In this document: positions 14,944 through 26,997 of the stretch, piece after piece
How positions within the stretch are numbered: position 1 is the first letter of the stretch
Layout: the number at the start of each line of letters is the position of its first letter
NCBI RefSeq assembly: GCF_039654945.1
Contig: NW_027361706.1
Span: 18,414,001 to 18,478,000, forward strand
Direction of reading: 5' to 3'
Length of the DNA: 64,000 nucleotides
DNA from: Dendrobates tinctorius
Taxonomy: Eukaryota
Notes under the pieces: model-generated
The model's input: the letters and a program-made list of their open reading frames with translations, nothing else
What the model was told of the DNA's origin: nothing
Databases searched by the model: none
Made by a program: the position numbers and the translations under genes

Positions 14944-16232
14944 CACTCCACAGTACCAAGAAGGAAAAGTTGTGGAACTATGGAAATCACATGATCGAGG
15001 GATGCATTACTCCAAAGTGTCCCAGGAGCCATTTTTCAACACAAAAAGCCAGGTCACGTGTTGCCCATGGTCCTGTGAGCATCCTACGTGAGCAAAACGT
15101 GCTACAATGGCCTGCAGGGTCTCCAGACTTGTGTCCCCTTCCCATTTGGGACGTCCTTGGTCGGCAAGAGCTGCCATGTGTATCCATCCTGTGATTTCCA
15201 GAATTCCACAACTTTTCATTCTTGGTGTTAGGGACGGCGGAACGCACTAAATATAAATAATAGGAAGTGCGAACGCCGCCCGGGGTCCACCGTGCAGTAG
15301 GTGTAACAACCGCTCCTGAGTAATGGCAGACTCGCTATATGGCGGTATACTGCACTTGGGTTAAACGTCACCCGAGGTGCGCAGAGCGGACTCTGTTAAA
15401 CTCACAGAGGCGCTTTAGTATAAGTAAAGTATAAACGCCGAGCCTGTTAGCTTCACAGGTCTCAGCTGGTTTGCACACACGGTATACAGTCACAGGACAC
15501 GGCCCAAGACAGAGGTCGGTGTCAGACTTGACCTACCATTCGTGCGGCGCGCTACCGCGGACGCGGGTAAGTGCTGCTAACTGCAGCGTGGCGGTAACTA
15601 CTGCCGTTGTACAACAGTGCCGTGAGGCATAACACTATCGGACGCTAGTGTAGCGGTGCGGTAGGCACAGTGGCGTATGGCTTGCCACTGACTGGCGCTG
15701 ACTATAACTCTAATTCCCTAACCACATACGTAATATCAGAGGGAATGGGTTTCAAATGAGTCAGTCACCAGAATCATACATCCGTCACCATTCACACATA
15801 GCAAGTATAGTCTATACTAGCGCATGGCCGAGCGGCCATGCGGGCCTTTTATAGCCATGCGCTTCCGAGACCTTCCAGACCTCTGAGATGGGCCAATCAG
15901 ATCAGGAGAAGGACCTGAGCACGTGACCCCCGATCTCCACTGGGAGATCGTCTCGTGGGCATGCCCAGTAGCGAGGCGAGAGGACTTAGTCTCTGGAGTG
16001 GTTTTCTGCAAAGCAGGTTGCGCTACCATTGCTGGTCCAGAGGTGGCAGCAACATCCAGACCCAGAGAGCTGGTCTGAGCAGGGCGCCTGGATCGCCGAG
16101 ATTGCTGTGCAGGTCCCTGAGCGGTTGAAAAGGAATGGGAGACCGCTGGATGTATGGCTCTGGATTCCCGCTGTGCAGCTGCAGGAACCCGACGCCTAAC
16201 ACTTGGTGTTGTAATTTCAATTTTTAGTAGTG
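14944..16232 (+). mobile_element. Internally deleted Tc1 element interrupted by a solo LTR
   Basis: Inverted arms CCAAGAAGGAAAAGTTGTGGAA...GAAATCAC and GTGATTTC...TTCCACAACTTTTCATTCTTGG. Internal VLQWPAGSPDLCP..IWDVLGR is a Tc1 catalytic-domain remnant. Confidence 0.8.
15226..16201 (-). mobile_element. Solo LTR (976 bp)
   Basis: TGTTAGG...CCTAACA termini with a perfect 5-bp TSD CTTGG (15221-15225 and 16202-16206). Confidence 0.93.
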
Positions 16233-16876
16233 TGTGTGTGCGCCAGATGGGATGAGGTTAAATCCTAGCACAACAGGGTCCAGCCTGCATCAGTTAAAGT
16301 GCAGCCCATATCAGATTCCCTCAGAAGGTGTAGGCAAGGTGACATCGATGGGTGGGTGGTATGGTTTAGATGGATATGGAGGGGTGAAGAGAGCGCATGG
16401 TGCGTGAGGGTTTAGACAAAATCTTTGTTAAGGAGAGTGTGGTGAGGTTGTATTCGTCAGTAGACAGGTAATGAAATGATTGAATTGTAGGTATCAAAAC
16501 ACTTCTTCTGGAGGGAAGATGGAAGTTTACTTGGATAGTTAGGAAAATGAATGATTTCATCTACATTAAATAAGTGGTGACGTTTAGGCTCTTCTTCCGG
16601 ACTAGTCCTGCCTTGGATCTTCTAATCACACCTCTCTGGGCATGATTGATGATTGACAGCCTGCATGCATTCCCCACTATGGAAGGACTGATATACATGG
16701 TGTGAGGTACACCCAAGGAAGCATAATTACAAGATAAGAGACAGAACTAGTCCAGGGGTAGAGACACCCCTTTTGGGCTACTCCTGTTACATTAGCATAT
16801 GCAATGCGGTTCCAACCTATTATTCGTCAAACACTGCAGCGTTTAATAATCCCATAAAACACAATATCAGAATATA

Positions 16877-17992
16877 CAGGGTGGGCCATTTATATGGATA
16901 CACCTAAATAAAATAGGAATGGTTGGTGCTATCAACTTCCTTTTTGCGGCACATTAGTATATAGGAGGGGGGAAACTTTTCAAGGTGGGTGTTGACCACA
17001 GCGGCCATTTTGAAGTCGGCCATTTTGGGAAGAGGGTCATGTGACACATCAAACTTATTGAGAATTTCAGAAGAAAAACAATGGTGTGCTTGGTTGTAAC
17101 ATAATTTTATTCTTTCATAAGTTATTTCCAAGTTTATGACCACTTATAAAATATGTTCAAAGTGCTGCCCATTGTGCTGGATTGTCAATGCAACCCTCTT
17201 CTCCCACTCTTGACACACCATTGTTTCAGATGCTGCGCATCTCGTATCTTCACAGTATAGACAATTGCCATCAGATGACACCAAACATAAAAGTCTAAGG
17301 GGGTCAGATCGGGAGACCTTGGTGGCCATTCACCAATCCACTTTCCAGGAAACTGTTCATGTAGGAATGCTCGGACCTGACACCCATAATTGATGGTATG
17401 GTGTGGTATATAGAGTACAAAGATAGTGGGGCCATTCTTCATCAATGGAAACCTCAATGACACTGGATATCTGAAATTGCTACATGGTGATGTGTTGCCC
17501 TCTTTATGCACTGAAGATGGCATGTTCCCTGAGTTTTTCCAGCAAGATGGTGCACCACCACATTATGGGTGTCAGGTCCGAGCATTCCTACAAGGATTCT
17601 AATCCCCTTAGACTAGCATTTCTTGTGCCGTGTTGCTATCAGTGTGTCAAGAGTGGGAGAAGAGGGTTGCATTGACAATCGAACACAATGGGCAGCACTT
17701 TGAACACATTTTATAAGTGCTCATAAACTTCTAAATAGCTCATGAAAGAATAAAGTTACGTTTAAACCAAGCACACCATTGTTTTTCCTGTGAAATTCTC
17801 AATAAGTTTAATGTGTCACATGACCCTCTTTCCATTGGAAAAACTAAAGTTGGATCCAAAATGGCCGCCGTGGTCAACACCCATCTTGAAAAGTTTCCCC
17901 CCTCCCATATGCTAATGTGCCACAAACAGGAAGTTGATATCACCAACCATTCCCATTTCATTTAGGTGTATCCATATAAATGGCCCACACTG
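16877..17992. mobile_element. Fold-back non-autonomous Tc1/mariner element (DD41D/rosa-like transposase fragments)
   Basis: TA-CAGGGTGGGCCATTTATATGGATACACC ... GGTGTATCCATATAAATGGCCCACACTG-TA, with ~345-bp inverted arms. Fragments FQQDGAPPHYGCQVRAFL (+) and WPPRSPDLTPLDFYVW (-). Confidence 0.92.
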
Positions 17993-18726
17993 TAGAAATC
18001 CCCGCGCACACTGCCATATCACTTGGGGACAGACTGGGGACCTGATGGGTTCACAATAACAGTAGCCTATTAATAGTGCCTATTGGCAAATCGGCATTGT
18101 CTGTCATGCAGTTAACACGTTTTTGGGAGCCTACTTTACCTACTGACCATTTTCAGCCGCTGGTTACCTGTGCAATCATCAGTCGGATGGGGGTGGCTAA
18201 TAGAGGCGTTGCACACCACAGGACCCCTGCTATAGAATAAAACTGGAGAACTTTCAGATTTTTCACTCATTATCCTGAGTAACAAATATGTTGTGACCGG
18301 AAAAATTGCTTTTAGTGCAAAAGCAAAAAAATTATTTATTTTTGCCCAAGGATATATTTCTTTATTAAAGATGTCTTCCTAAAATTCTTTCCTTTTCCAA
18401 ACTCTTTGGAGACGCACCTTGCCTTAGATAGATTTATTCTCTTTAGATACGTAAGACTAAAAGTAAGGTTGGACCTACGCTCGTTGAATAATTCTGAGAT
18501 AAAAATAATAGATGCATTTCTTGCTTTTAACAAGTTTTGACTCGCTGTCAATGAAACATAACTGCTGAATGGCAGATTAAGGAGAATTCTGGTGTTTTCT
18601 AACTTTTTTTTAGACTTCCTACTTTTGGGTTACTCTTTAGTACAGTACTTTTGGTTAAATGAGGACTTCACAAAATTTGTTGTTTGAAGTTTTTAGGTAA
18701 GTTGAATCTTATTTGCTTTAGCCATG

Positions 18727-19104
18727 TGTGATAATGCGACTCACTCGGCTGCTCTCAGAGGTAGACACAGGAACGTTTCTTCTACTGGTTTATTCAAACA
18801 CGGCATAAACCAGTGCAGTTGCACATAAACACTTCTATGGAGCTTCCTACCTCCAAATCCACAGACCAAGAAAAAAACTTAGTGGTCAGATATTTAACCA
18901 CACCCTTGGGGAGGAGATATGGTGAGTGGCCGTCCCACCCATCTCATACAGCCACTCACAAAAAGCCCAACCCTGTCATGGCTGATTAACTCCTCTCAAC
19001 ACATAACATGCTGGAGAAAAACTTCTAGGTTTTCACATCACAGAAGATAGCAATCTTCATGATACATATCTCCCCTCACTTACATTGCCAGTGACCCTGT
19101 CACA
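18727..19104 (-). mobile_element. Solo LTR (378 bp)
   Basis: TGTGATA...TGTCACA termini, 4-bp TSD CATG, and AATAAA on the minus strand near 18790. Confidence 0.8.
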
Positions 19105-19602
19105 CATGTAATTAGCAACTTTGTTTCATGAGTTTTTAACAATTTAGAGTCCTTGTGGTCTGTGGCTTTAATCCATAAAATAATACTTCTTTTGGGTCAA
19201 ATTTGTAATTTTATTGCTTTTAATCTACAGAAGTTTTGAGATGAGTCATCTCTAGCCACAAAATTCAGTAAGTGCCTGTAAGCTTGGAGCTCCAATATTG
19301 TGAGAAACCATAAATGAAGGTTCAGTTTAAATAAAGGAGATGACTTTGTCATTCCCGATGGCTGCAAAATGAGCGACTTGTTTACAAAGTTACTTAAAGG
19401 GCTTGATCATACTCTCCCATCTAATTTGATGGGAGTTGGGGGAGATGCTAGTTAATGCTGGACATTACAGCTGCCATTGCAGAAATCCTACGCCCAGGGT
19501 GTTTAGTGCATGGCACCCTTTTTTGTGAAGTAGAATCCTAGCTCAATGCTTGCAAAGCATCATGACAATTGTCTTTCCTTGCTTGTTATTCAAAATCCTC
19601 TC

Positions 19603-20237
19603 TGTCACGATCCATTTTTGGATTTGTGGCAGCTCTGGTTCCATTATGATTTAAATGTAGTTTTTTTCCTTTCAGGCCAGCAGGGGTTAATGTCACTTTC
19701 CCTTGCTGCAACTGCAGAGTTGCTAGGTCAGCTGATGTGGGTGGTGACCACTCCCACCATCCTTTAAATGGTCACCTGATGCATCAGCTGACTGTTGGTG
19801 ATAGAGTCAGTCTATGGAGACCAGCCGTGCAGTTGCAGATATCTGATGTCAGCTACTTCTGGAGTTTGGAGTCCTGTTTCCGTGTACTCTGCGGTGTGGA
19901 GCTTGGCAGCAGTGCCTGGAGCTAAGTTTGTGTTTTACCTTGTCGGTCTCGTGTTTGTCACCACCCCTTTTTGTGCCACCTACAGTGGTGAGGCTAGCGC
20001 TTTAAAGGCCAGTGCACTAGCCAGGGCAGTGAGAGGTGACCGCAAGGGACAAGGTTCGTGACTGCGGCAGGGGGAAGGACCCGCTTAGGGTGTTAGGGGA
20101 GTGCAGGGACAGGCTCAAGTTGGAGCTCAGGGGGAGTCCCGTCCATCATTCCCTATCGGTAGGGCCTTTCCCCATTTCCATCCCATTGTTTGTGTGTCGT
20201 GCTGTCCGCTGACTGACCCTCTGGTGAGATTGTGACA
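19603..20237 (+). mobile_element. Solo LTR (635 bp)
   Basis: TGTCAC...GTGACA termini with a perfect 5-bp TSD CTCTC. Confidence 0.92.
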
Positions 20238-20394
20238 CTCTCCCTTCACAAAAACAGAAGGATTTTAATTTTTTAACTGCTCGTTTCCGAGGTTGCCGGC
20301 CAACACTGTGTTATAGAAGCTGTGGACAAACATGCACACTATGAACTCTCAATTCTGGCCAAACATCAGTCGCCTTGCGCTCTCCTATTGCCGC

Positions 20395-21134
20395 TGTCAT
20401 GCCCGCAGTCTGCATAGGTAGTTCGTGGACCCACTGTGCCACGAGACCAGGTTTGCCTAGGAGGGGTGAAGCTAAGCGGCTACCTAGTGTTCACTGAAGC
20501 TCCTGAAGGTGGAGTCATTCTTGAGCTGCAGATAGCTGCCAGATACCACCCCTAGGTAGTCTTCGGTACGTCGGCTGACGATTCCAGGGGTCCAGTTCTC
20601 TGGGCAAAGATAGGACAGGGCTGGAATGACTGACAAGCAGGATTTGAATACTGGCCGGACTACTTGGACTTCGGGGATAAGTTCTCATTCAGACACAGTG
20701 GTCTCGGGAAACGGTTTAAGTATCGCCGACACGGCTATAGGATTCAGTGGCTTCAGAGTCACGTATAAACTGTACAAAACTACTGGGACAATACTGAATA
20801 AGGAAATATCTATAATAAACTAAGGATAGGGGACCTGATAACATACAGATACACACATATTACCACAAAGTATCTATAGGGGTTGCTCAGGCACCTCCCT
20901 ATTGGGGTGGGTGGCTTTTATACAAGATGCCTCCCAGAGGTGCGCTCGCTGATGCTTTAAGAGCAGGAAGTGCGCACGCTCTAGGCATGCCACCGGAAGT
21001 CACTGTGGCGTGCACAGGAGAAAGGGAGAGAGGAGCACGAGGACGTTGCTGTGGCCGGGGCACTGAGTGTGTTGGCGTCCCCCCCATGTAGAGAGCAGAG
21101 GAACCAGGCGAGGGCGCCTGCAATGAATGTTACA
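20395..21134 (-). mobile_element. Solo LTR (740 bp)
   Basis: TGTCAT...GTTACA termini; 5-bp TSD GCCGC/GCTGC with one CpG-type change. Confidence 0.8.
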
Positions 21135-21999
21135 GCTGCAGAGGCAACGCTGCCTCTACTTTCAGCATCAGAGAGCGAACTGTCACTCAAGCAGGAGCGT
21201 ACTGCCTCCGGCAAGAGGAAAGAGAGTCTGGGGATCAGTGGACTCATCAATTTTATGTTGCAAAGCTGTTTTGTTGGAGGAGTGAGTGTATCAGATAAAT
21301 TGCATTTTTTATCTTTTCCAATACGAATGTATTTTTTATACTCAAGAATGGATCAGACTTCCCTCCCGCAAGGTATAATTGCCGGTGTATGACTTTGTGA
21401 AGTAAAGGAATTGTGGAAATAACGAGTATGTTTGGAAGATTCGGTGCTTGTTCAATTCTGAATAATTGTCCCAGGGCTCTAATTAGTCACATGGGAGGTG
21501 CAGTGAAGTGGAAATTAAGCTGTCAGATATTGCTTAACTGTCCCTTGTATTTCTCATACAGGATAATACAATGCACATCACTGCAGATAAAGGATTTGTA
21601 TTCCAGAGCTGAGATGCATTAGAAAAGTCCTCTTTGTATTTTTTTTTAACATTATTAACAAATCATATGTGGAGAATTAGAATTTATACCGTTGCTGAGA
21701 ATATAATCTCTCCATAGCTATGAAATGTTACGAAGAAGTGCGGTATTGTAAAGATTCCATCTACCACATACAGGCGACAGCGCTATACGAGGCTCAGGAA
21801 CACCCGATTTTTATGAATCCCATTTTGAATATCGTAGGGATTAACTTTGGTTTACAGAATCTGTAAACCAGTAGTAATGCGGAATAAGGATTTTTTTACA
21901 GAAGTCTAAACATAGCTTTGGGACATTTCATCCTAATGTTAATGTGGTTTCTCGTGCTCAGTTGGCACTGCAGTCCCGGGCCCAATGAGTGATGAGGCC

Positions 22000-22968
22000 C
22001 AACACTATAAACCCTGCGCAGCACTATAAGCCCTGACCAACACTATAAGCCCTGTCCAGCACTATAAGCCCTGACCAGCACTATAAGCCCTGACCAACAC
22101 TATAAGCCTTGACCAACACTATAAGCCTTGACCAACACTCTAAGCCCTGCCCAACACTCTAAGCCCTGCCCAACACTATAAGCCCTGCTCAGCACTATAA
22201 GCCCTGCTCAGCACTATAAGCCCTGCTCAGCACTATAAGCCTTGACCAACACTATAAGCCTTGACCAACACTATGAACCCTGCCCAAAGCTATAAGCCCT
22301 GCCCAACACTATAAGCCTTGACCAACACTATAAACCCTGCCCAACACTATAAACCCCTGCCCAACACTATAAGCCCTGCCCAACACTATAAGCCCTGCCC
22401 AACACTATAAGCCCTGCCCAACACTATAAACCGTGCCGAGCACTATAAGCCCAGCCCAACACTATAAGCCCTGCCCAACACTATAAGCCCTGCCCAACAC
22501 TATAAACCGTGCCGAACACTATAAGCCCTGACCAACACTATAAACCCTGCCCAACACTATAAGCCCTGCCCAACACTATAAGTCCTGCCCAACACTATAA
22601 GCTCTGCTCTGCACTATAAGCCCTGCCCAACAATATAAGTCTTGACCAACACTATAAGCCTTGACCAACACTATAAGCCCTGCAAAACACTATAAGCCCT
22701 GCCCAACACTATAATCCCTGCCCAACACTATAATCCCTGCCCAACACTATAATGCCTGCCCAACACCATAAACCCTGACCAACACCATAAGCCCTGACCA
22801 GCACTATAAGCCCTGCCCAACACTATAAGCCCTGCCCAACACTATAAGCCCTGCCCAACACTATAAACCGTGCCGAACACTATAAGCCCTACCCAACACT
22901 ATAAGCCCTACCCAACACTATAAGCCCTACCCAACACTATAAGCCCTGCCCAACACTATAAGCCCTGC
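22000..22968. repeat. 19-bp tandem repeat (CAACACTATAAGCCCTGCC), ~51 copies
   Basis: Direct inspection of period. Confidence 0.97.
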
Positions 22969-24220
22969 CTTGCACTGACCCTTTGATTGACTGCACCATT
23001 CTTTGTCTCACTCTTGATGGCTGAAATCTTAATCATGGGCCGCAGACACCTAGGACAGCTCATGAGCAGAACTTTTACCTTTCGCTGTATACTGCGTGCA
23101 CAGTTATTAATCAATTTGTATTTTTGATGATTATTTTTATTATTGAACTTCTGCAATGCTGCCAATCAGTGCAAAAGGTTAATAAACCTGAGATCTGAAT
23201 ATTTAAGAAAGTAAAAGTGAGGTTTAGACTTTCTTAAGAGAACTTCTTTGGCAGTTAATCTTTGTCATCAACACAATTTTTGCGACCCTGTTGATTATCT
23301 GCAACAAAACTTTTGATGTTTCTGCGATCGCGCCCCATTATCTTAGCAATTTGAGGAGTTCTGCATCCCTCAGTAAGGCATGTAACACTCTATTTTGGAC
23401 CATTTTCCTGACAAAAATAAGCTGCTTAATCTGCACACCTTGATAAAGCGAGTTGCGTCCTTAGGCCGCAGCCTCCTCATTACACAAATACACATCACCT
23501 GATCTGCTTCATCCAATAAGCATTCAAGTTTGTACAGCTTGAAGATAGAAAATCTGCATAAAAATGATGATATGGTCAAAATACTCACTTCCTTGATAAT
23601 TGTACACACAGAGTATAATGTGGTTGTCCAACTGCACAGCATTAGGATGTGGTGTATGCGCAGGACGACATTGCAGGGCAAGTAGACCATACGCATGCTC
23701 TATTCTGTGATTCCATTGTGACTGCACAAGATTTCAGCTCTGGAGAGTGATGAATGCTGGGCGCAGGCATACAGTCAAGACTAAGGAGGCGGCACAGGGT
23801 AGTTTTTCCTAGAAGACCCTGCTGTGATCGAACCGCCCTCTGGACCCTTGTAACTTCATTAGCATAAGAGTGTGAATACTTGCTTAGGGGCCAAAATGGG
23901 GACCTGTCACTTGCCATCAACTTATAATTTTTATTTGGTGTAAATGTCTCAGTGCTCCTTAATCTGCCACTGTTTTTCTATTGTTTCTGCTCCTCTCTGT
24001 TCTTGAGATTTTGCTCCATTTTCCTGTATGCAAATCTTGGTCTTTTTATCAAAGGGTGGCATGGTCTTCAAAGGGGGCATGGTCTTCAAAGGGGGCATGG
24101 TCTTCAAAGGGGGCATGGTCTTCAAAGGGGGCATGTCTTCAAAGGGGACCATGGTCTTCAAAGGGGGCCCATGGTCTTCAAAAGGGGCATGGTCTTCAAA
24201 GGGGCCATGGTCTTCAAAGA

Positions 24221-24534
24221 GATCCAGGGGAAAAGAAAGCGGTCACTGGGGATGTCTGTGAGGGCCGCAGTTAAAAATAAAGGCAAAAGGTCCATCGCAG
24301 CTCCAGCCGTTAACCTTCTAAGAGGATACAAAATGCAGTAGAAAATAATAACGGTCCTAGGAGCGCTGGATATGAGACCAAGACAAGGATTTTAGTGTTT
24401 AACCACAACGCGTTTTAGCTTTCACCTGATGAAGACGGTGTAACCGTTGAAACGCGTTGTGGTTCAACACTAAAATCCTTGTCTTGGTCTCATTTCCAGC
24501 GCTCCTATGACCATTATTATTATTTTCTACTGTA
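24221..24534. mobile_element. Penelope-like element terminal-repeat relic in inverted (palindromic) arrangement
   Basis: Inverted arms 24334-24414 and 24450-24534 surround a hammerhead core; the segment interrupts the minisatellite. Confidence 0.7.
24422..24462 (+). ncRNA. Minimal type I hammerhead ribozyme motif
   Basis: TCAC-CTGATGA-A-GACGG-TGTAA-CCGTT-GAAA-CGCG-TT-GTGG: both core boxes, stem II, palindromic minimal stem III and a short stem I. Confidence 0.75.
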
Positions 24535-26627
24535 TGGTCTTCAAAGAGGGCATGGTCTTCAAAGAGTGCATGGTCTTCAAAGAGGTCATGGTCTTCAGAG
24601 GGGGCATGGTCTTCAAGTAGACGTTCCCAGAGAACAGTTGAGGCCTACTGATCTAAGGATATTAGATTTACTCTCAAAGAAGAGATGGGGATATCTAAGG
24701 AACGGAGAGGAGCAGAAACAAAAGAAAAACAGCGCAGGATTCAGGAGAACTTTTACAGCAGGTGAAAAAAATCCAAACCAAAACATATTAATGGCTAACT
24801 ATAGATCACCTTTAGGCGCCCCACTTTGCATTCCTACTGGTTTAATGGACAGAAAGGAGTGGACATACTTCCTTTAAGTCCAGTTGTTGCAGCCCAGTAT
24901 ATGTTTACATTAGGGCTGTGACATCTTTCTGTTTTTTTGCACGCCTTCTGGTGTTTTACATCTACCCCAGTATTTGTCACAAGTTCGGCTATGGCTCCTC
25001 AGTGCATCTTTCTCTCGCTAATGTCTCGTCGTACTTCTTGGTTACTCTGCACATCACACCATGCTGTTGGCTCCATTCGAGGGATAAATGTGTTCTTTGA
25101 TTTAGTTCACCAGTTTAGCTCCATTATCTAGAGAAATCTTCCATCCATCCTATTAATTTTACATCTCCCACGTGTCCATCTGCGTTAAGAGTGGATGATG
25201 GAGAGAACAATCTGTAGTCAGTCAGATTGTGGAATACGAGAAGATTTTAGCTGTGCCCGGATCATATTTAATAAGAATCTGTCATAAAACCAGACTTGCA
25301 GCATCTGAAATCTGGAAGATCCGAGCATAAAATCTGGAGCTTCTTCTCTCCCATATCTGCACTATTTCTAAAAAAATCATTTCTGCTAAAACATCAGTGA
25401 GAAAATGTAGAATTCACATCACGATCATCCAGTCTCCATCTGTAAATCCCATCTAATGGTTGTGTTAAGTTAATGCATTTTATTGGTGCCGGGGAGAATA
25501 ATTTCTTAACATTTATTATTTCTGCAGCCAGCACTAGCAACTAAAAACTAAGGCAAAAGATGCAAAATTTGGAATGAAACCCAAATGCAAAAATGATTTT
25601 TTAGCCAAATATACTTATATTTAAGTATGAAAAACAAAATTGCCCCCAAAGGTTGGCAATGTCTTGGCGGGGAGTGTGAAGCCAGTGGTGAATGGCCGCA
25701 GGGATCATGTGATATAATTTTACAAGATTCCCCGGAGAGCCTCTGGAATGGCGCCGGCATCAGAAGTGATTGTAGGTGTTATTATTTTACTGGAGTGAAA
25801 CATAGGGATGGAGAAGGGGTTGTCGGAGTAGTGGGTAACCCCTTTTTGCCCATTATTCATTATTTTAAAGCCTGTTCGGACCACACTTTCCATGTACACA
25901 GAACAATTGATAGTACAAGTGTTCTGTGCGCACAGAACATCATTATTCTCAGCAGCACATGTTGGGTTTACGCGGGATGATGTGTCGTTGAGAATTATTA
26001 TTTTTGAGGAAACTTAAAATTGACTTCACCTGAATGAGCAGCCATGTTTAATCAATCATTTATTCCTTGCTTTTTACTGGGACATTTCAGGTTTGCAAAT
26101 GGCATTGAGTCCTCTGGACGGTATACATTTTAAAGCCGAAACTTTGTCACCCGATTGTTTCCTATACCACTATACCGCTATATATTCCTGGTATAAAGGT
26201 GCTATCTGAGCATGCGCCTGTGGGGGGAGGAAAACGGCTCTCTAGTGGCAATGAAAAATGGTGTTCAGCATATTCACGAAAATGGCAGAAAATGTATACC
26301 GAGTGAGTAAACTAGTAAAAGTCATAGTTTGATTGCGCCCTTTGTATTCTCTAATAGTATTTGCCAATATGAATACATAGGGCAGCACCTATGGCGACAG
26401 TGATGATGGCTGTAAAGCGCTGTAGAAGATGATGGGGCTGTATAAGCCAGAAAAAGGAATACATTTTGAGTGTCGATTACCAGTAATAGTAAATCTGTCA
26501 TAGAATATCCTGAGATCAAACTATCCCTCTTCCCCCATTTTGGGATAGTAAGGTACTCAACTACTTTTGCTAAATTTTCTTCTGGGTATGATCCCAACAC
26601 CTATGGGAAGCTGGGCAAGTGTAGCCT

Positions 26628-26997
26628 TTAAGAAGACCTGTCGCCAGGTTAGAGTTGACCATTTTTGTTCCCTCTGATTTTATTCCCACTGCTCCTCTGA
26701 ATAGTCTGCTTTTTTCTTTTTAAAAATCTGCTATACGGTTCCAGAGATAAGGGCCTTGTTATTTACTGTTCATTTTTATACTCTTTATAGGTGGTCACAG
26801 GGTAATTATGCTGAGCAGCCTAAAGGCCTGCCCCAGAGGAGCCTGTGAGCCACGCCCCCTTGTAGAGGACAAAAAATTAGCCCTAAATAAAAATGCTCAT
26901 ATCTCCGGAATTGAATAGCAGATTAAAAAAAAGATACCGTATATTCAGGAGAACAGTGGGAATAAAATTATAGCAAAAGCTGGCAGGTCCTCTTTAA
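26628..26997. mobile_element. T2/Kolobok-type palindromic MITE
   Basis: TTAA-GAAGACCTGTCGCCAG ... GCTGGCAGGTCCTCT-TTAA, with inverted arms TTCCCACTG / CAGTGGGAA. Confidence 0.8.

Larger units (their letters stand above)
24058..24617. repeat. 18-bp minisatellite (GGCATGGTCTTCAAAGGG), ~9 + ~5 copies, split by an insertion at 24221-24533
   Basis: Direct inspection. Confidence 0.9.
23894..24815. mobile_element. Old T2/Kolobok-type MITE with an internal 18-bp minisatellite
   Basis: GGACCTGTCAC start. Inverted arms GTTTTTCTATTGTTTCTGCTCCTCTCTGTTC and GAACGGAGAGGAGCAGAAACAAAAGAAAAAC. Confidence 0.7.

Noticed and set aside
16576-16606. Minus-strand CCGGAAGAAGAGCCTAAACGTCACC resembling a second minimal hammerhead
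   Set aside because: Both core boxes are mutated (CGGAAGA, TAAA) and the stems are poor; at most a dead relic.
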